Below, piece by piece: positions 1-10,946 of a DNA stretch of 32,000 bases. Source of the stretch: Neisseria lisongii. Its GTDB lineage: Bacteria; Pseudomonadota; Gammaproteobacteria; Burkholderiales; Neisseriaceae. Each line of letters opens with the position of its first letter. Within the stretch, counting starts at the first letter, position 1. The stretch is taken from assembly GCF_028463985.1 (NCBI RefSeq), contig NZ_CP116766.1, positions 953,235 to 985,234 on the forward strand. The letters are read 5' to 3'. Both the position numbers and the translations under genes were made by a program. The notes under the pieces are model-generated. The model was not told the origin of the DNA. It worked only from the letters and a program-made list of their open reading frames with translations, and made no database searches.

Positions 1-1
1 C

Positions 2-3000
2 GATGGCGATACTCGTACTATCACCGTTAAAGCAGATACCACAACATTGAACTTAAGCAACACCAACAAAGATGGCACGGTAACCAATGGCTCAGTTGTT
101 GTTCCTAACGGTCAAGGCGATAAATTGGTTAATGCAACGACTATTGCAAATACTATCAACAATGTTTCTTGGGGCGTGGGTGGTAATGACGGCAAGAAAG
201 TAGCCGATGTGAAAGCTGGCAACCAAGTAAACTTTGTGAATGGCGTTGGCACAACAGCGGTTGTAAAACCAGGTGCAAAAGATGGTGAAACCAATGTTAC
301 CTTTAACAGCGCTGTGGCTTATGTCAATACTGGCGAGAAAGCAAACGACCAATCAACCCCAAGCAATAATGCAACATTGGTGGGTCCAAAAGACTCAACC
401 GAGGCGGTTTCATTACAAAATGTGGCGAGCGGTTTAGGTTTAACTAAAGAAGCAGCGAAAACCATTAAAGGTAAGGAATTTGCAGAGAAATTAGCCAATG
501 CAACCGATGCTCAACTTACCAACGCTGTAAACGTGGGTGATTTGAAAAACACCGTTAATGCGACTTTAAGCAAAGTTGGCTTTAACTTAACTACTGCAAA
601 TGGTGATAAATCAGAAGTTACTGTTGCAGAAAGTGATGATGAGAAAACCCAAGCAGCAAAAGCTGAAAAAGCCCGTATCAACAACAACGAAACCTTTACT
701 TTAGATCAAGGTAACGACAATATCGTTATTAAACAAATTGATAACGGTTATGAAATTTCTACCAATGCCACCTTAAAAGCCGATGAAGTGATTGTTGGTA
801 AAGATGGCAAAGACGGTAAAAACGGCGTTGATGGCAAAATCGGCGTAAACGGTAAAGACGGCTCATCTGTGGTGTTAAATGGTAAAGACGGCTCTATCGG
901 TTTGACTGGTCCGAAAGGTAAAGACGGTGTGGATGGTAAAGATGGTAAGTCAAGCTTAACATTCAAACCAGCTGATGGCACTGGCACGATCGATGAACGT
1001 GGTAAAGACGGTAAAGATGGTAGTGCAGCCAAAGATGCTAATGCGACCCGTATCGTTTACGAAACCAAAGATAAAGATGGTAAAGATATTACCCGTGAAG
1101 TGGCAACCACTGATGATGGTTTGTACTTCCAAGGTGATAACACTGAGGTGACCTTAGATCGTAAGCTGAACACTCGCTTAGATGTGAAAGGTGGTGCGGA
1201 TAAAGATAAACTTTCCGACAACAATATCGGTGTTCAAGGTAGCATTGATAAGGATGGCAATCGTGTATTGGATATTAAATTAGCCAAAGAAGTGACTAAT
1301 TTAACCAGCGTGGAAACGGTTAATCCGACTAACAATACCACAACCAAACAAACAGGTGATGGTATTACAATTACTCACAATCCGAAAAATGAACAAGGTA
1401 ATCCGATCACAGAAGGTAAAAAACCGAATGTGAGTTTGACTATCAATGGCTTGGATAATGGTAATAACACTATTACCAACGTAACCAGCGGCTTAACCAC
1501 TTATACCGATGCACCAAAAACTGGTTTGTTGGATTTAAGTAAAAAAGAAAACGGTGTTCCTGATACCAATGCAGCGACCGTTGGCGACTTGAGAAAAATG
1601 GGTTGGATTGTCACAACCAGCAAAGATGGTAAAGATAAGCCTTACTCAGACAAAGTACAAAATGCTGACACAGTTGATTTTGTGGGCGATGGCGTAACTG
1701 TAACTGGTGAAACTAAAGACGGTGTTCGCACAATTACCATTAAAGCTGAACCAACTAAAGCGAGCGAAACCAAGTGGACATTAAATGGTAAAGACGAAAA
1801 TGGTGCTGACACTAATAGCACCGTTGGTAATGGCAATGCTGTGAACTTTGTTAATGGTGTTGGCACAACGGCAGTTGTGAAAAAAGGTAAAGACGGTGAA
1901 ACCAATGTGACCTTTAACAGTGCGGTGGCTTATGTCAATACTGGCGATAAAGTAAACGACCAATCAACCCCAAGCAACACCACTAAATTAGTTGGCCCGA
2001 AAGACAGCACAGACCCAGTGGCGTTGAAAAATGTGGCAAGTGGTTTGCGTGATGTTGAGGGTGCAAATACCAATGCAACCACCTTTATTAAGGCGTTGAA
2101 AGAGTTAAATAGCACTAAAGAGACTGACAAAGCAACCTTAGAAACCGCAGTGAATGTGAGTGATTTGAAAAATGTTGCACAAGCAGGTTTGAACTTCACA
2201 GGTAACAATGCTGACCACCACGCCGACATTCACAAAAACTTAGGTGAAACCTTGACAGTGAAAGGTGGCATTACAACCATCGCTAAAGGTAATCCAAATG
2301 CAGGTAACGCATCAAAAGCCGTATCAGATAAAAATACCTATGTTGAAAATGATGGTACAAATCTGATCGTTAAAATTGCGGAAAACCCAGAGTTTACTGG
2401 TTTGAATTTAACCAATAAAACAACTGGCGATAACCCTGTAACCAGCACTGTAAACTTTGATCCAACCACCAATAAAGATGGCGATACAACCTTAACCTTA
2501 AATAATGGTACTACAGGTGGTAATGTCGTGATCTCTGGTGTGGCAAATGGCACAAATACTTATGGTGGCGTTTCTGCAGAAGGCGATAAATTAACCAAAG
2601 TTGGTGATAGCTATTACAAAGCAGATCAATTTGAAAACGGTAGCTTAAAACCTAATGCAACGCCAACTGCAGTGAAAGATGGAAACCAAACCAATGCATT
2701 AAATGGTCTGGCTGATTTAGCCACATCGGTAAATAGCAATGCAATTACCGTGGGTGATGCGAAGAAACTGGGTTGGGTTGTAACAACCAGTGAAGATGGC
2801 AAAGAAGATCATTATGCAGATAAAGTACAAAACGCTGACACTGTTGATTTTGTGGGCAAAAATGGCGTAACCGTAACCGGTGAAACCAAAAAAGGTGTTC
2901 GTACTGTTACCGTTGATGTAGATGCACAAAAAGTGGTAGAAAGTGCGCAATTACCAGTGGTTTATACCGATAAAAACGGTAAGAAAGTGTATAAAGTGAA

Positions 3001-3997
3001 AAAACCAGATGGTTCTTATGTCTTTAACACCCAACCAGATGGCAAGGGTACGGAAGTTAAGCCAGAAGATGTCATCGCCTCTATGAACAGCGGTGGTAAT
3101 AACACTTCAACACCAGTGGCATTGCACAATGTTCAAAATGCAACGCAAACTTATGCTGTGGCACCAAAAGCCCCAACTACGGGCGATAATCCGCAACCAT
3201 ATATCCCTGCGAATATCACCAGTTATCTTAAAGGTGGTGATGCACCGTTTAGCAAATTGGCGAACTTAGATGCAGCAAATCCAAATGCGGCGTTAACCGT
3301 GGCGGATGCACGTAATTTAGGCTGGGTTGTTGGTGCTGGTAAAAATGATGGTGGCAACATTACCAATACCTATGCAGCATCAGTAACCAATGCTCAAGTG
3401 GTTGAGTTTGTGGGTGATGATGGCGGTATTATTACCGTTGAAGGTAAAACCCTTGAGAATGGTATTCGTCAAATCAAGTTGAATGTGACCAAAGATGCAT
3501 TGAAAGGGCTTAAAGGCGATCCAGGTGATAAAGGCCCTGACGGTGATAAAGGCCCAACTGGCGATAAAGGCCCAACTGGCGACAAAGGTCCTGATGGCGA
3601 TAAAGGCCAACCAGGCGACAAAGGTCCTGATGGCGATAAAGGCCAACCAGGCGACAAAGGCCCTGATGGCGACAAAGGCCAACCAGGCGACAAGGGTCCT
3701 GATGGCGACAAAGGTCAACCAGGTGATAAAGGCCAACCAGGTGATAAAGGTCCTGATGGCGATAAAGGCCAACCAGGCGACAAAGGCCCTGATGGCGATA
3801 AAGGCCAACCAGGTGATAAAGGTCCTGATGGCGACAAGGGTCCTGATGGCGACAAAGGTCCTGATGGCGATAAAGGCCCACCAGGCGACAAGGGTCCTGA
3901 TGGCGACAAAGGCAGGCGACAGGGTCCTGATAAAGGTCCTGATGGCGACAAAGGCCCTGATGGCGATAAAGGCCAACCATGGCGACAAAGGCCCTGA
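2..3997 (+). CDS. Trimeric autotransporter adhesin, passenger part (5' partial). It ends at a premature stop caused by indels in the repeat.
   Basis: 1316-aa ORF in the track. It shows repeated head/neck/Trp-ring style modules and internal duplication ([14 protein letters not shown]...[13 protein letters not shown] occurs twice). The last roughly 160 aa are Gly-X-Y triplets. Confidence 0.8.
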   Translation, partial: DGDTRTITVKADTTTLNLSNTNKDGTVTNGSVVVPNGQGDKLVNATTIANTINNVSWGVGGNDGKKVADVKAGNQVNFVNGVGTTAVVKPGAKDGETNVTFNSAVAYVNTGEKANDQSTPSNNATLVGPKDSTEAVSLQNVASGLGLTKEAAKTIKGKEFAEKLANATDAQLTNAVNVGDLKNTVNATLSKVGFNLTTANGDKSEVTVAESDDEKTQAAKAEKARINNNETFTLDQGNDNIVIKQIDNGYEISTNATLKADEVIVGKDGKDGKNGVDGKIGVNGKDGSSVVLNGKDGSIGLTGPKGKDGVDGKDGKSSLTFKPADGTGTIDERGKDGKDGSAAKDANATRIVYETKDKDGKDITREVATTDDGLYFQGDNTEVTLDRKLNTRLDVKGGADKDKLSDNNIGVQGSIDKDGNRVLDIKLAKEVTNLTSVETVNPTNNTTTKQTGDGITITHNPKNEQGNPITEGKKPNVSLTINGLDNGNNTITNVTSGLTTYTDAPKTGLLDLSKKENGVPDTNAATVGDLRKMGWIVTTSKDGKDKPYSDKVQNADTVDFVGDGVTVTGETKDGVRTITIKAEPTKASETKWTLNGKDENGADTNSTVGNGNAVNFVNGVGTTAVVKKGKDGETNVTFNSAVAYVNTGDKVNDQSTPSNTTKLVGPKDSTDPVALKNVASGLRDVEGANTNATTFIKALKELNSTKETDKATLETAVNVSDLKNVAQAGLNFTGNNADHHADIHKNLGETLTVKGGITTIAKGNPNAGNASKAVSDKNTYVENDGTNLIVKIAENPEFTGLNLTNKTTGDNPVTSTVNFDPTTNKDGDTTLTLNNGTTGGNVVISGVANGTNTYGGVSAEGDKLTKVGDSYYKADQFENGSLKPNATPTAVKDGNQTNALNGLADLATSVNSNAITVGDAKKLGWVVTTSEDGKEDHYADKVQNADTVDFVGKNGVTVTGETKKGVRTVTVDVDAQKVVESAQLPVVYTDKNGKKVYKVKKPDGSYVFNTQPDGKGTEVKPEDVIASMNSGGNNTSTPVALHNVQNATQTYAVAPKAPTTGDNPQPYIPANITSYLKGGDAPFSKLANLDAANPNAALTVADARNLGWVVGAGKNDGGNITNTYAASVTNAQVVEFVGDDGGIITVEGKTLENGIRQIKLNVTKDALKGLKGDPGDKGPDGDKGPTGDKGPTGDKGPDGDKGQPGDKGPDGDKGQPGDKGPDGDKGQPGDKGPDGDKGQPGDKGQPGDKGPDGDKGQPGDKGPDGDKGQPGDKGPDGDKGPDGDKGPDGDKGPPGDKGPDGDKGRRQGPDKGPDGDKGPDGDKGQPWRQRP

Positions 3998-4455
3998 TGG
4001 ATAAAAGGCCAACCAGGCGACAAAGGCCCTGATGGCGATAAAGGCCAACCAGGTGATAAAGGTCCTGATGGCGATGGCAAGGGTCCTGATGGCGATGGCG
4101 ACAAGGTCCTGATGGCGGTCCTGATGGCGAAAAGCCAACCAGGCGACAAGGGTCCTGATGGCGACAAAGGCCAACCAGGTGATAAAGGTCCTGATGGCGA
4201 CAAAGGCCAACCAGGCGACAAGGGTCCTGATGGCGACAAAGGTCAGCCAGGTGATAAAGGTCCTGATGCGACAAAGGCCAACCAGGTGATAAAGGTCCTG
4301 ATGGCGACAAAGGCCCTGATGGCGATAAAGGCCAACCAGGCGACAAAGGCCCTGATGGCGATAAAGGCCAACCAGGCGACAAAGGTCCTGATGGCGATAA
4401 AGGCCAACCAGGTGATAATGGTCAACCAGGTCAAGGCGGCAACGGCGGCTCTGGC
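3515..4455 (+). repeat. Collagen-like Gly-X-Y tandem repeat, with 9/18-bp units encoding [12 protein letters not shown].
   Basis: Direct reading shows ggcgacaaaggtcctgat / ggcgataaaggccaacca units repeated about 50 times. About 44 uninterrupted G-X-Y triplets precede the first indel near 3909. The region ends with [15 protein letters not shown]. Confidence 0.9.
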
Positions 4456-7122
4456 AACTTTAACCTAACAACCAACGGCGATACCTCCGTGATCGATGCA
4501 ATTACCGATGCTGGTAAGAAAGCTGAAGCAACCCGTATCGACAACGGCAACACCTTTAATTTAAATGAAGGTGATAAGAATATCGTTGTTAAACAGATCA
4601 ATAAAGGTTACGAGCTTTCTGCTAATACCAATTTCCAAATTGGTGAGAAAGGTGAACCGGGCGAACCAGGTGAAAATGGTGCGGAAGGTAAACCAGGAAA
4701 ACCTGGCGTTGATGGCAAAATCGGCGTAAACGGTAAAGACGGCTCATCTGTGGTGTTAAATGGTAAAGACGGCTCTATCGGCTTGACTGGTCCGAAAGGC
4801 AAAGACGGTGTGGATGGTAAAGATGGTAAATCAAGCTTAACATTCAAACCAGCTGATGGCACTGGCACGATCGATGAACGTGGTAAAGACGGTAAAGATG
4901 GTAGTGCAGCCAAAGATGCTAATGCGACCCGTATCGTTTACGAAACCAAAGATAAAGATGGTAAAGATATTACTCGTGAAATTGCAACCACTGATGATGG
5001 CTTGTATTTCAAAGGTGATAATGACACCGTTTTAGATCGTAAATTGAATACCCGTTTAGATGTGAAAGGTGGTGCGGATAAAGATAAACTTTCCGACAAT
5101 AATATCGGTGTTCAAGGTCGTATTGATGAGAAAACTGGTGAACGTGTATTGGATATTAAATTAGCCAAAGAAGTGACTAATTTAACCAGCGTGGAAACAG
5201 TTAATCCGACTAACAATACCACAACCACACAAACAGGTGATGGCATTACGATTACTCACAATCCGAAAGATGAACAGGGTAATCCGATCACAGAGGGTAA
5301 AAAACCGAATGTGAGCTTGACTATCAATGGTTTGGATAACGGCAATAACCAAATTGTTAATGTGGCAAATGGCACAGTGACTTATGGCGATAACGCAAGC
5401 AAAATTGGCGGTTTAACGAACAATACCAATGTGCCAGATAGCATCAAAAACTTGGCTGATTTGAACAATTCGAATGGTTCAAATGCAATCACTGTAAACG
5501 ATGCGAAACGTTTAGGCTGGATTGTTCAAGCGTCTGAAAATGAATATAAAGATGCGGTGAATAACGCTAATATCGTGGACTTCAAAGGTAATGGTTCATT
5601 TGTAAGCGTAACGGGTAAAACAGACGAAGCAACTAAAGTGCGTACGGTTAGCGTGGATGTGGATGCACAAAAACTTGTGGAAAATGCACAGTTACCAGTG
5701 GTTTATACCAATAAAGAGGGTGATAAACTGGTTAAAGTTGGCAACAACTTCTATAAAGCTGGTGATGTTGTAAATGGTAAGCCGTCTGAAAATGCAACGC
5801 CAGTTAAAGCTGGTGATGTCATTGCCTCGATGAATAATGGCGATAACAGCACCACAACGCCGACAACTTTGGCTAATGTGAAATCGAACTTGCCTGAAAC
5901 TCGTAATACAGCAGATGGCAATAAAGCAGTAACGACATCACAACAAGCTCCAAGCGATGTTGAAAACATCACTAACAACGCTGCAACAGCGGGTGATGTA
6001 TTGAATGCAGGTTGGAACTTGCAAGGTAACGGTAATGCTGTTGATTTTGTGAAGACTTACGATACAGTGAACTTTGCAGATGGTAAGAATACCAATGTAA
6101 ACGTAACCTCAGACGGTACGGTAAGCAAGGTTGTCGTTGATGTTAAAGATCAATTAACTTTAGGCAAACCATCTGAACCAGGTAAAGACGGCAAACCGGG
6201 CAAAGACGGTGTTGATGGCTTTATCGGCGTAAACGGTAAAGACGGCGTTTCTGGTGTTGCAATCAACGGTAAAGACGGTTCTATCGGCTTGCGTGGCCCG
6301 AAAGGTGCTGATGGTAAAGACGGTTCAAGTTTGACCTTTAAACCAGCTGAAGGCACTGGCACGATTGATGAGCGTGGCAAAGACGGCAAAGATGGCAGCA
6401 CAGCCAAAGATGCTAATGCAACCCGTATCGTTTACGAAACCAAAGGTAAAGACGGTCGAGACATTACCCGCGAAGTGGCAACCACGGATGATGGCTTGTA
6501 CTTCCAAGGTGATAACACTAATGTGACCTTAGATCGTAAGCTGAACACCCGCTTGGATGTGAAAGGCGGTGCGGATTCAACCAAGCTGACTGAGAAAAAT
6601 ATCGGTGTGGTTGGTCGCATTGACGAAGATGGCAACCGTGTTCTTGATGTGAAACTGGCTGAAAACATTGATTTGGGTGCTAAAGGCAGCGTGAAAACTG
6701 GCGACACCACCATCAATGATAATGGCGTAGCCATTAATAATGGTCCAAGCATTACCAAAGATGGTATTGATGCCGGTAACACAGTGATCACCAATGTCGC
6801 ACCGGGCGTTAATCCGACCGATGCGGTGAATGTGAGCCAGTTGAAACAAAACATTGGTGATGTCAACAACCGTATCAACAAGCTGGATAAGGATTATCAA
6901 GCGGGTATCGCCGGTGTGGCTGCATTGGCCGGTCTGCCTGAAATCCATATGGCGGGACACTCTATGCTGTCTGCTGCGGTAGGCAACCATAAAGGTCAAA
7001 GCGCCTTGGCTGTGGGTTACTCACGCCTGTCGGACAACAGCAAAGTGAAGCTGAAAATCCAAGGTAGTGCGAATACCCAAGGCGATATCACCACCAGCGT
7101 TGGCATTGGTTACGCTTGGTAA
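4267..7122 (+). CDS. Trimeric autotransporter adhesin, C-terminal part with the YadA-like membrane anchor. It has no independent start and continues the frameshifted gene.
   Basis: Frame 1 is open from 4267 (the track ORF starts at an internal GTG at 4489). The C-terminus reads [41 protein letters not shown]...[42 protein letters not shown], which is a coiled-coil stalk plus a 4-strand beta anchor ending in aromatic W. Confidence 0.85.
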   Translation, partial: CDKGQPGDKGPDGDKGPDGDKGQPGDKGPDGDKGQPGDKGPDGDKGQPGDNGQPGQGGNGGSGNFNLTTNGDTSVIDAITDAGKKAEATRIDNGNTFNLNEGDKNIVVKQINKGYELSANTNFQIGEKGEPGEPGENGAEGKPGKPGVDGKIGVNGKDGSSVVLNGKDGSIGLTGPKGKDGVDGKDGKSSLTFKPADGTGTIDERGKDGKDGSAAKDANATRIVYETKDKDGKDITREIATTDDGLYFKGDNDTVLDRKLNTRLDVKGGADKDKLSDNNIGVQGRIDEKTGERVLDIKLAKEVTNLTSVETVNPTNNTTTTQTGDGITITHNPKDEQGNPITEGKKPNVSLTINGLDNGNNQIVNVANGTVTYGDNASKIGGLTNNTNVPDSIKNLADLNNSNGSNAITVNDAKRLGWIVQASENEYKDAVNNANIVDFKGNGSFVSVTGKTDEATKVRTVSVDVDAQKLVENAQLPVVYTNKEGDKLVKVGNNFYKAGDVVNGKPSENATPVKAGDVIASMNNGDNSTTTPTTLANVKSNLPETRNTADGNKAVTTSQQAPSDVENITNNAATAGDVLNAGWNLQGNGNAVDFVKTYDTVNFADGKNTNVNVTSDGTVSKVVVDVKDQLTLGKPSEPGKDGKPGKDGVDGFIGVNGKDGVSGVAINGKDGSIGLRGPKGADGKDGSSLTFKPAEGTGTIDERGKDGKDGSTAKDANATRIVYETKGKDGRDITREVATTDDGLYFQGDNTNVTLDRKLNTRLDVKGGADSTKLTEKNIGVVGRIDEDGNRVLDVKLAENIDLGAKGSVKTGDTTINDNGVAINNGPSITKDGIDAGNTVITNVAPGVNPTDAVNVSQLKQNIGDVNNRINKLDKDYQAGIAGVAALAGLPEIHMAGHSMLSAAVGNHKGQSALAVGYSRLSDNSKVKLKIQGSANTQGDITTSVGIGYAW

Positions 7123-7147
7123 CAAGCTAATCTTTCCGACTAAATAA

Positions 7148-7179
7148 GAAGCAGACAGCGAAAGCTGTCTGCTTTTTTA
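7148..7179 (+). terminator. Rho-independent terminator of the adhesin gene.
   Basis: aagcagacagc-gaaa-gctgtctgctt followed by tttttt, 26 nt after the stop codon. Confidence 0.8.
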
Positions 7180-7202
7180 TCATGAATAAGCCAAAAGATA
7201 AC

Positions 7203-7452
7203 TATAGTGGATTTACTTTAAAAGTAGTACAAGGCGGCGAGCCGAAGACAGTACAGGTAGTACGGGAAACCAAGTGTAGCGTGCTTGCCCAAACATGCAC
7301 GTGTTCTTTAAATTCCACATGAATGCTGTCTGAAAACCGTAGGTTTTGCCAAAACGAGGGAAGCAAGTTTCTGCGTAACTAAAACCAAAGGTTTCGCTAA
7401 AATCAGGAAAAGGTGGTTTACGTTGTCATACTTTTAAAATGAATTCACTATA
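7203..7452. repeat. Correia-like repeat element, about 250 bp.
   Basis: Terminal inverted repeats tatagtggattta... and ...gaattcactata. The interior (caaggcggcgagccgaagacagtacaggtagtacgg) resembles the Neisseria Correia element core. It contains a hairpin gtagcgtgcttgcc-caaa-catgcacg and a DUS-like gctgtctgaa. Partial copies lie at 25240-25380 (inverted) and around 23917-23965. Confidence 0.6.
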
Positions 7453-7596
7453 TATAGTAAATCAACCGAAAAAATATGACACCACAGCGAGCCACCCTTC
7501 CCCTACCCCCTTCCCGCCAGCGGGACGGGGAACAAAGTGCCGGTGGACCAACTTAGCTTGCCGATTTGTACAGAAAATTCGGTGTTTTAACTATAG
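7453..7596. repeat. 144-bp MITE with a dRS3-like palindromic core. This is an uninterrupted copy and serves as the empty site for the prophage.
   Basis: tatagtaaatcaaccgaaaaaatatgacaccacagcgagccacccttcccCTacccccttcccgccagcgggacgggg...gatttgtacagaaaattcggtgttttaactatag. The core TCCCGC-ca-GCGGGA is a palindrome. Other copies or halves lie at 9457-9546, 16355-16445 and 25511-25640. Confidence 0.7.
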
Positions 7597-7781
7597 TTGG
7601 ACATAAGAAAGCTGCACCTTTTAAAGTTGGAGGAAGTGTCCAACTTTTGGGGTACAATTCAACATTTTCAGACGGCCTCCCGTATATAACAAAATCATCT
7701 TTCTAACAAACAAACCATTCTTTCCCATTTACCGGCGGGGTCAGTAAAGTATCGGGCAATCTGAGCGATAAGGAAACCACC

Positions 7782-9092
7782 ATGACCGCAAATTCCGCCC
7801 CACTGCTGCGCTTTATCACTGCCGGCAGCGTTGACGACGGCAAATCCACCCTCATCGGCCGTCTGCTTTACGACAGCAAAACCTTGTTGAGCGACCAAAT
7901 CGACAAGCTCAACCGTGCCGCCGATAACGGCGAAACCCCTGATTTCGCCAGCCTGACCGACGGCTTGGCGGCCGAACGGGAACAAGGCATCACCATCGAT
8001 GTCGCCTACCGCTATTTTGCCACTGCCAAACGCAAATTCATCATCGCCGACACTCCCGGCCACGAACAATACACCCGCAATATGGTAACCGGCGCATCCA
8101 CCGCCGATGCCGCCATTATTTTGGTGGACGCTACCCGTGTCGATTTCAGCGGCGAGACCCCCGTATTGCTGCCGCAAACCAAACGCCACAGCGCCATTTT
8201 AAAACTCTTGGGCTGCCCGAATATCATCGTGGCCGTCAATAAACTGGATTTGGTCGGCTATGATGAAACCAAATATCAAGCAATTGTTGCCGCCTACCGT
8301 GCGCTTGCAGAACAAATCGAACTGAACGTATCGCTGCACTTCCTGCCAATCAGCGCCCTGCAAGGCGACAATATCGTCAGCGCCAGCGCCAACACCCCTT
8401 GGTATCAAGGTCTGCCGCTGCTGCCTTTACTCGAAAGCCTGCCCGTTTCCCGCCACAACGCCGCCGGTCAGCCCGCCTACTTCTCCGTGCAGCGTGTCGC
8501 CCGCCAAGACGGAAGCAGCAGCGACGACTTCCGAGGCTACCAAGGCCGATTGGAAGCAGGCCGTCTGAAAACCGGCGACGAAGTCAAAATCCTGCCCAAC
8601 GGCCAAACCGCCCGCATTGCCGAAATTTACAGCCCCGAAGGCAAAACCGACAACGCCGAAGCCGGTGACGTATTGACCATCACACTAGACACCGACATTG
8701 ACATTTCGCGAGGCAACGCCATTGTCGCCGCCGCCAGCCCGGTTGCACCGGAACAACAATTCCAAGCCGCCCTGTGCTGGTTTGACCACACCCCGCTGAA
8801 CATCCGCCGCAAATACCTGCTGAAACACACCACGCAAACCACCGCAGTAAAAATCAGCGCCATCGACTATGTGTGGGACGTACACACCCTCAGCCGAGTG
8901 CAATCAGCGGACGATTTGAAACTCAACGACATCGGCCACGTCAGCCTGAAAACCCAACAGCCGCTGAACGCCACCGCATACGACGAAAACCCCGCCACCG
9001 GCGCATTTATCCTGATTGACGAAGCCACCAACCACACCGTCGCCGCCGGTATGATCCGCAGCCGCAACACAGCGGACAGTTTTGAAATTTAA
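7782..9092 (+). CDS. cysN: Sulfate adenylyltransferase subunit 1 (CysN, GTPase subunit). There is no CysC fusion.
   Basis: 436 aa. G1 motif GSVDDGKSTLIGRLL, DGLAAEREQGITIDVAYRYF, DTPGHEQYTRNM and NKLD, which are EF-Tu-like GTPase motifs typical of CysN. RBS aaggaaacc lies before the ATG. Confidence 0.93.
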   Translation: MTANSAPLLRFITAGSVDDGKSTLIGRLLYDSKTLLSDQIDKLNRAADNGETPDFASLTDGLAAEREQGITIDVAYRYFATAKRKFIIADTPGHEQYTRNMVTGASTADAAIILVDATRVDFSGETPVLLPQTKRHSAILKLLGCPNIIVAVNKLDLVGYDETKYQAIVAAYRALAEQIELNVSLHFLPISALQGDNIVSASANTPWYQGLPLLPLLESLPVSRHNAAGQPAYFSVQRVARQDGSSSDDFRGYQGRLEAGRLKTGDEVKILPNGQTARIAEIYSPEGKTDNAEAGDVLTITLDTDIDISRGNAIVAAASPVAPEQQFQAALCWFDHTPLNIRRKYLLKHTTQTTAVKISAIDYVWDVHTLSRVQSADDLKLNDIGHVSLKTQQPLNATAYDENPATGAFILIDEATNHTVAAGMIRSRNTADSFEI

Positions 9093-9180
9093 AGCATCAA
9101 AGCCAAAATAAGCCGTCTGAAAACCGCAGGTTTCGCCAAAACGAACGTAACGAGTTTTCAGACGGCTTCAGTGTAATATT

Positions 9181-9390
9181 TACAGCCCCGTGCATGCTTA
9201 ACGCATGCACGCTACACCTTGATTTAAAATGAAATTATGATATTCACAGACCTTTTTCAGGAATAACAGCTACGGTTAAACAGCCGTCTAAAAACAATAT
9301 CCGATCGTAGCGTGCATGTCCAAGCATGCACGGGGTTGCGGTCAAAGTAGCCCACCCACTCAAAGCCAAACCATAAGCCGTCTGAAAACC
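9181..9390 (+). repeat. 210-bp repeat, left copy. Its direct partner is at 17818-18028.
   Basis: About 92 percent identical by eye to 17818-18028. It contains two inverted hairpins, ccccgtgcatgc-ttaa-gcatgcacgCTACAC and gtagcgtgcatg-tccaa-gcatgcacgggg, and ends in a DUS. Confidence 0.8.
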
Positions 9391-9631
9391 GGTGTAATGA
9401 ATTGCTGCACAATTCAAATCAGGTTTTCAGACGGCTTTAGCATAACCATAATATTTATAGTTAAAACACCGAATTTTCCATACAAAAGCAGGCGTATAGT
9501 AAATCAACCGAAAAAATATGACACCACAGCGAGCCACCCTTCCCCTTATATATTTCACTCCGTTAAGGGAGTGTAAATTTATCAGATAAGCCCTTGACAA
9601 GTTTAATTAACCGACTTTCAAGGGGTCTGAA

Positions 9632-10597
9632 ATGTCAACAATTAACCGTGTTTCTACATATGCTGATGATGTCATCATGCAACCGTTGCCACTACGGGCT
9701 GAATGTGCGCAGCGCATTCAGCTTCCTTGTCTAAATAGTAACAACTGCATTGAGGGTAGCAACAACTCTTCAAATACTGCCAAAACCTTACCAATCGGCT
9801 ATGAAAAATTTCTACCTAATGAAATGAAAGCTGATTTCAACCAGTTTTCTACTTCCCACAGAAAATCATCGGCTGCTTTAGAAATGAATGTCCGGCAATT
9901 TATTGAGGCATTCGGAATTAATCATGTCGGTTTTTTAACGCTGACTTTCGCCGATGATGTCCAAGATGTCAAAGAGGCTTCCCGTAGATTTCACAGTTTG
10001 CGGACGAATTTTTTAAGCAAACATTTCAAGCATTACGTTTGTGTATACGAACGCATGAAAAGCGGTCGTATACATTTTCACCTTATCGTCAATACACGTG
10101 AAAACATCCGCCGAGGTTTGAATTTCAGACAAATACAGGCCCGCAATTATACCAGTGCCAATAAAGCACTGCGACAATTATGGGCTTTGCTTCGTGAAAA
10201 TATGGGCAAGTATGGTTTCGGGCGTTCTGAATTGCTACCGGTTAAGACCAACAGCAAAGGTTTGGCGAAATACGTCAGCAAATATATTAAAAAACACATT
10301 AACAGCCGTCTTCCCGAAGATAAAGGTTACAGGCTGATTCGCACTACGATTGATAAACAGAGTTTATGGAAAATTGCCAACAGTAATTTTTCATTTGTCA
10401 GTGCTGGTTCCCGACTGTGGCGGGAACAGCTTCAGAAATGGATTATTTGCATTGAACCGTATCTTAAACAATATGCCAGACAGGAGTTTGCCCGTGAATT
10501 AAAGCCGATTACCGAAGAAAACTACAGCCAGATTTTAAGCAGCCTAATTAGCCCCAAATGGGCATTTTATAACCGGGAAACCATTTTAAATATGTAA
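9632..10597 (+). CDS. Phage rolling-circle replication initiation protein (HUH endonuclease, gpII-like).
   Basis: 321 aa. Motif 1-like FLTLTF, HUH motif RIHFHLIV and Tyr motif GLAKYVSKYIKKH. It is the first gene of the module. RBS aagggg. Confidence 0.8.
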   Translation: MSTINRVSTYADDVIMQPLPLRAECAQRIQLPCLNSNNCIEGSNNSSNTAKTLPIGYEKFLPNEMKADFNQFSTSHRKSSAALEMNVRQFIEAFGINHVGFLTLTFADDVQDVKEASRRFHSLRTNFLSKHFKHYVCVYERMKSGRIHFHLIVNTRENIRRGLNFRQIQARNYTSANKALRQLWALLRENMGKYGFGRSELLPVKTNSKGLAKYVSKYIKKHINSRLPEDKGYRLIRTTIDKQSLWKIANSNFSFVSAGSRLWREQLQKWIICIEPYLKQYARQEFARELKPITEENYSQILSSLISPKWAFYNRETILNM

Positions 10598-10607
10598 GGA
10601 ATCCATC

Positions 10608-10874
10608 ATGAGCGAACCCCAAAAGAAACAGGGATTTTTTGTTGTTGCTGCATTTGACCGCATGATTGTACGGGAACGTAAAAACGAAGACGGCAGCTAT
10701 ACCAAAACCCATTATGTCGGTTTGATTGTACGTACAGAAGAGGGCACACGTCTGTGTCAGGTACGCACCAAGCAGCCTGAAAAATACAGCCATTACAAAC
10801 TGAATGATATTGTCAATATGGAAGTATTTCCACGGGCATTTAAAGACAATATCTATTATTCGGACGAGACATAA
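10608..10874 (+). CDS. Small phage protein. From its position it is a putative ssDNA-binding protein (gpV-like).
   Basis: 88 aa, directly after rep with RBS aaggaa. The assignment rests on synteny only. Confidence 0.5.
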   Translation: MSEPQKKQGFFVVAAFDRMIVRERKNEDGSYTKTHYVGLIVRTEEGTRLCQVRTKQPEKYSHYKLNDIVNMEVFPRAFKDNIYYSDET

Positions 10875-10946
10875 TCAGAATTCACGGTTCGGGCTGCGCC
10901 GTGATGACCCCAATCAGCAGCCCACATTTTTTTGAAGGAGAAAATT

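Larger units (their letters stand above)
1..7122 (+). pseudogene. Giant trimeric autotransporter adhesin (Hia/Hsf/NhhA/YadA-like). The 5' end lies outside the window and the frame is broken several times inside the collagen-like repeat. This could be a genuine pseudogene or an assembly artefact.
   Basis: Frame 2 is open from the window edge (codons from nt 2 read [12 protein letters not shown]) to the stop at 3997. The same [12 protein letters not shown] repeat continues in frame 2 at 4112-4266 and in frame 1 from 4267 to the stop at 7122. Trp-ring/GIN-like modules are present ([59 protein letters not shown]), along with neck-like AVNV(G/S)(D/Q)LK motifs and a YadA-type C-terminal anchor. Confidence 0.75.

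Noticed and set aside
3380-4468. Many overlapping ORFs in other frames and on the opposite strand of the collagen-like repeat (3380-4210 -, 3510-4382 -, 3715-4239 -, 3525-4004 +, 4243-4434 -).
   Set aside because: These are frame and strand echoes of an 18-bp periodic sequence that lacks stop codons in several frames. Only the Gly-X-Y frame is contiguous with the flanking adhesin domains.
7660-7781. Looked for a cysD 3' remnant directly upstream of cysN.
   Set aside because: No open frame of meaningful length ends here, and the sequence does not resemble a CysD C-terminus as far as I can recall it. I treat it as an ordinary leader with an RBS.
8399-8668. Arg/Pro-rich 89-aa ORF inside cysN. 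Other internal or antisense cysN ORFs lie at 7695-8189, 8012-8239, 8199-8408 and 8627-9070.
   Set aside because: These are alternative-frame artefacts of a GC-rich conserved gene. The cysN frame is unambiguous.
9316-9576. 86-aa ORF across the repeats left of the prophage. Similar ORFs lie at 16436-16621 (-) and 25696-25971 (+).
   Set aside because: They lie wholly within MITE, DUS and palindromic repeat sequence that recurs elsewhere in the window in non-coding contexts.
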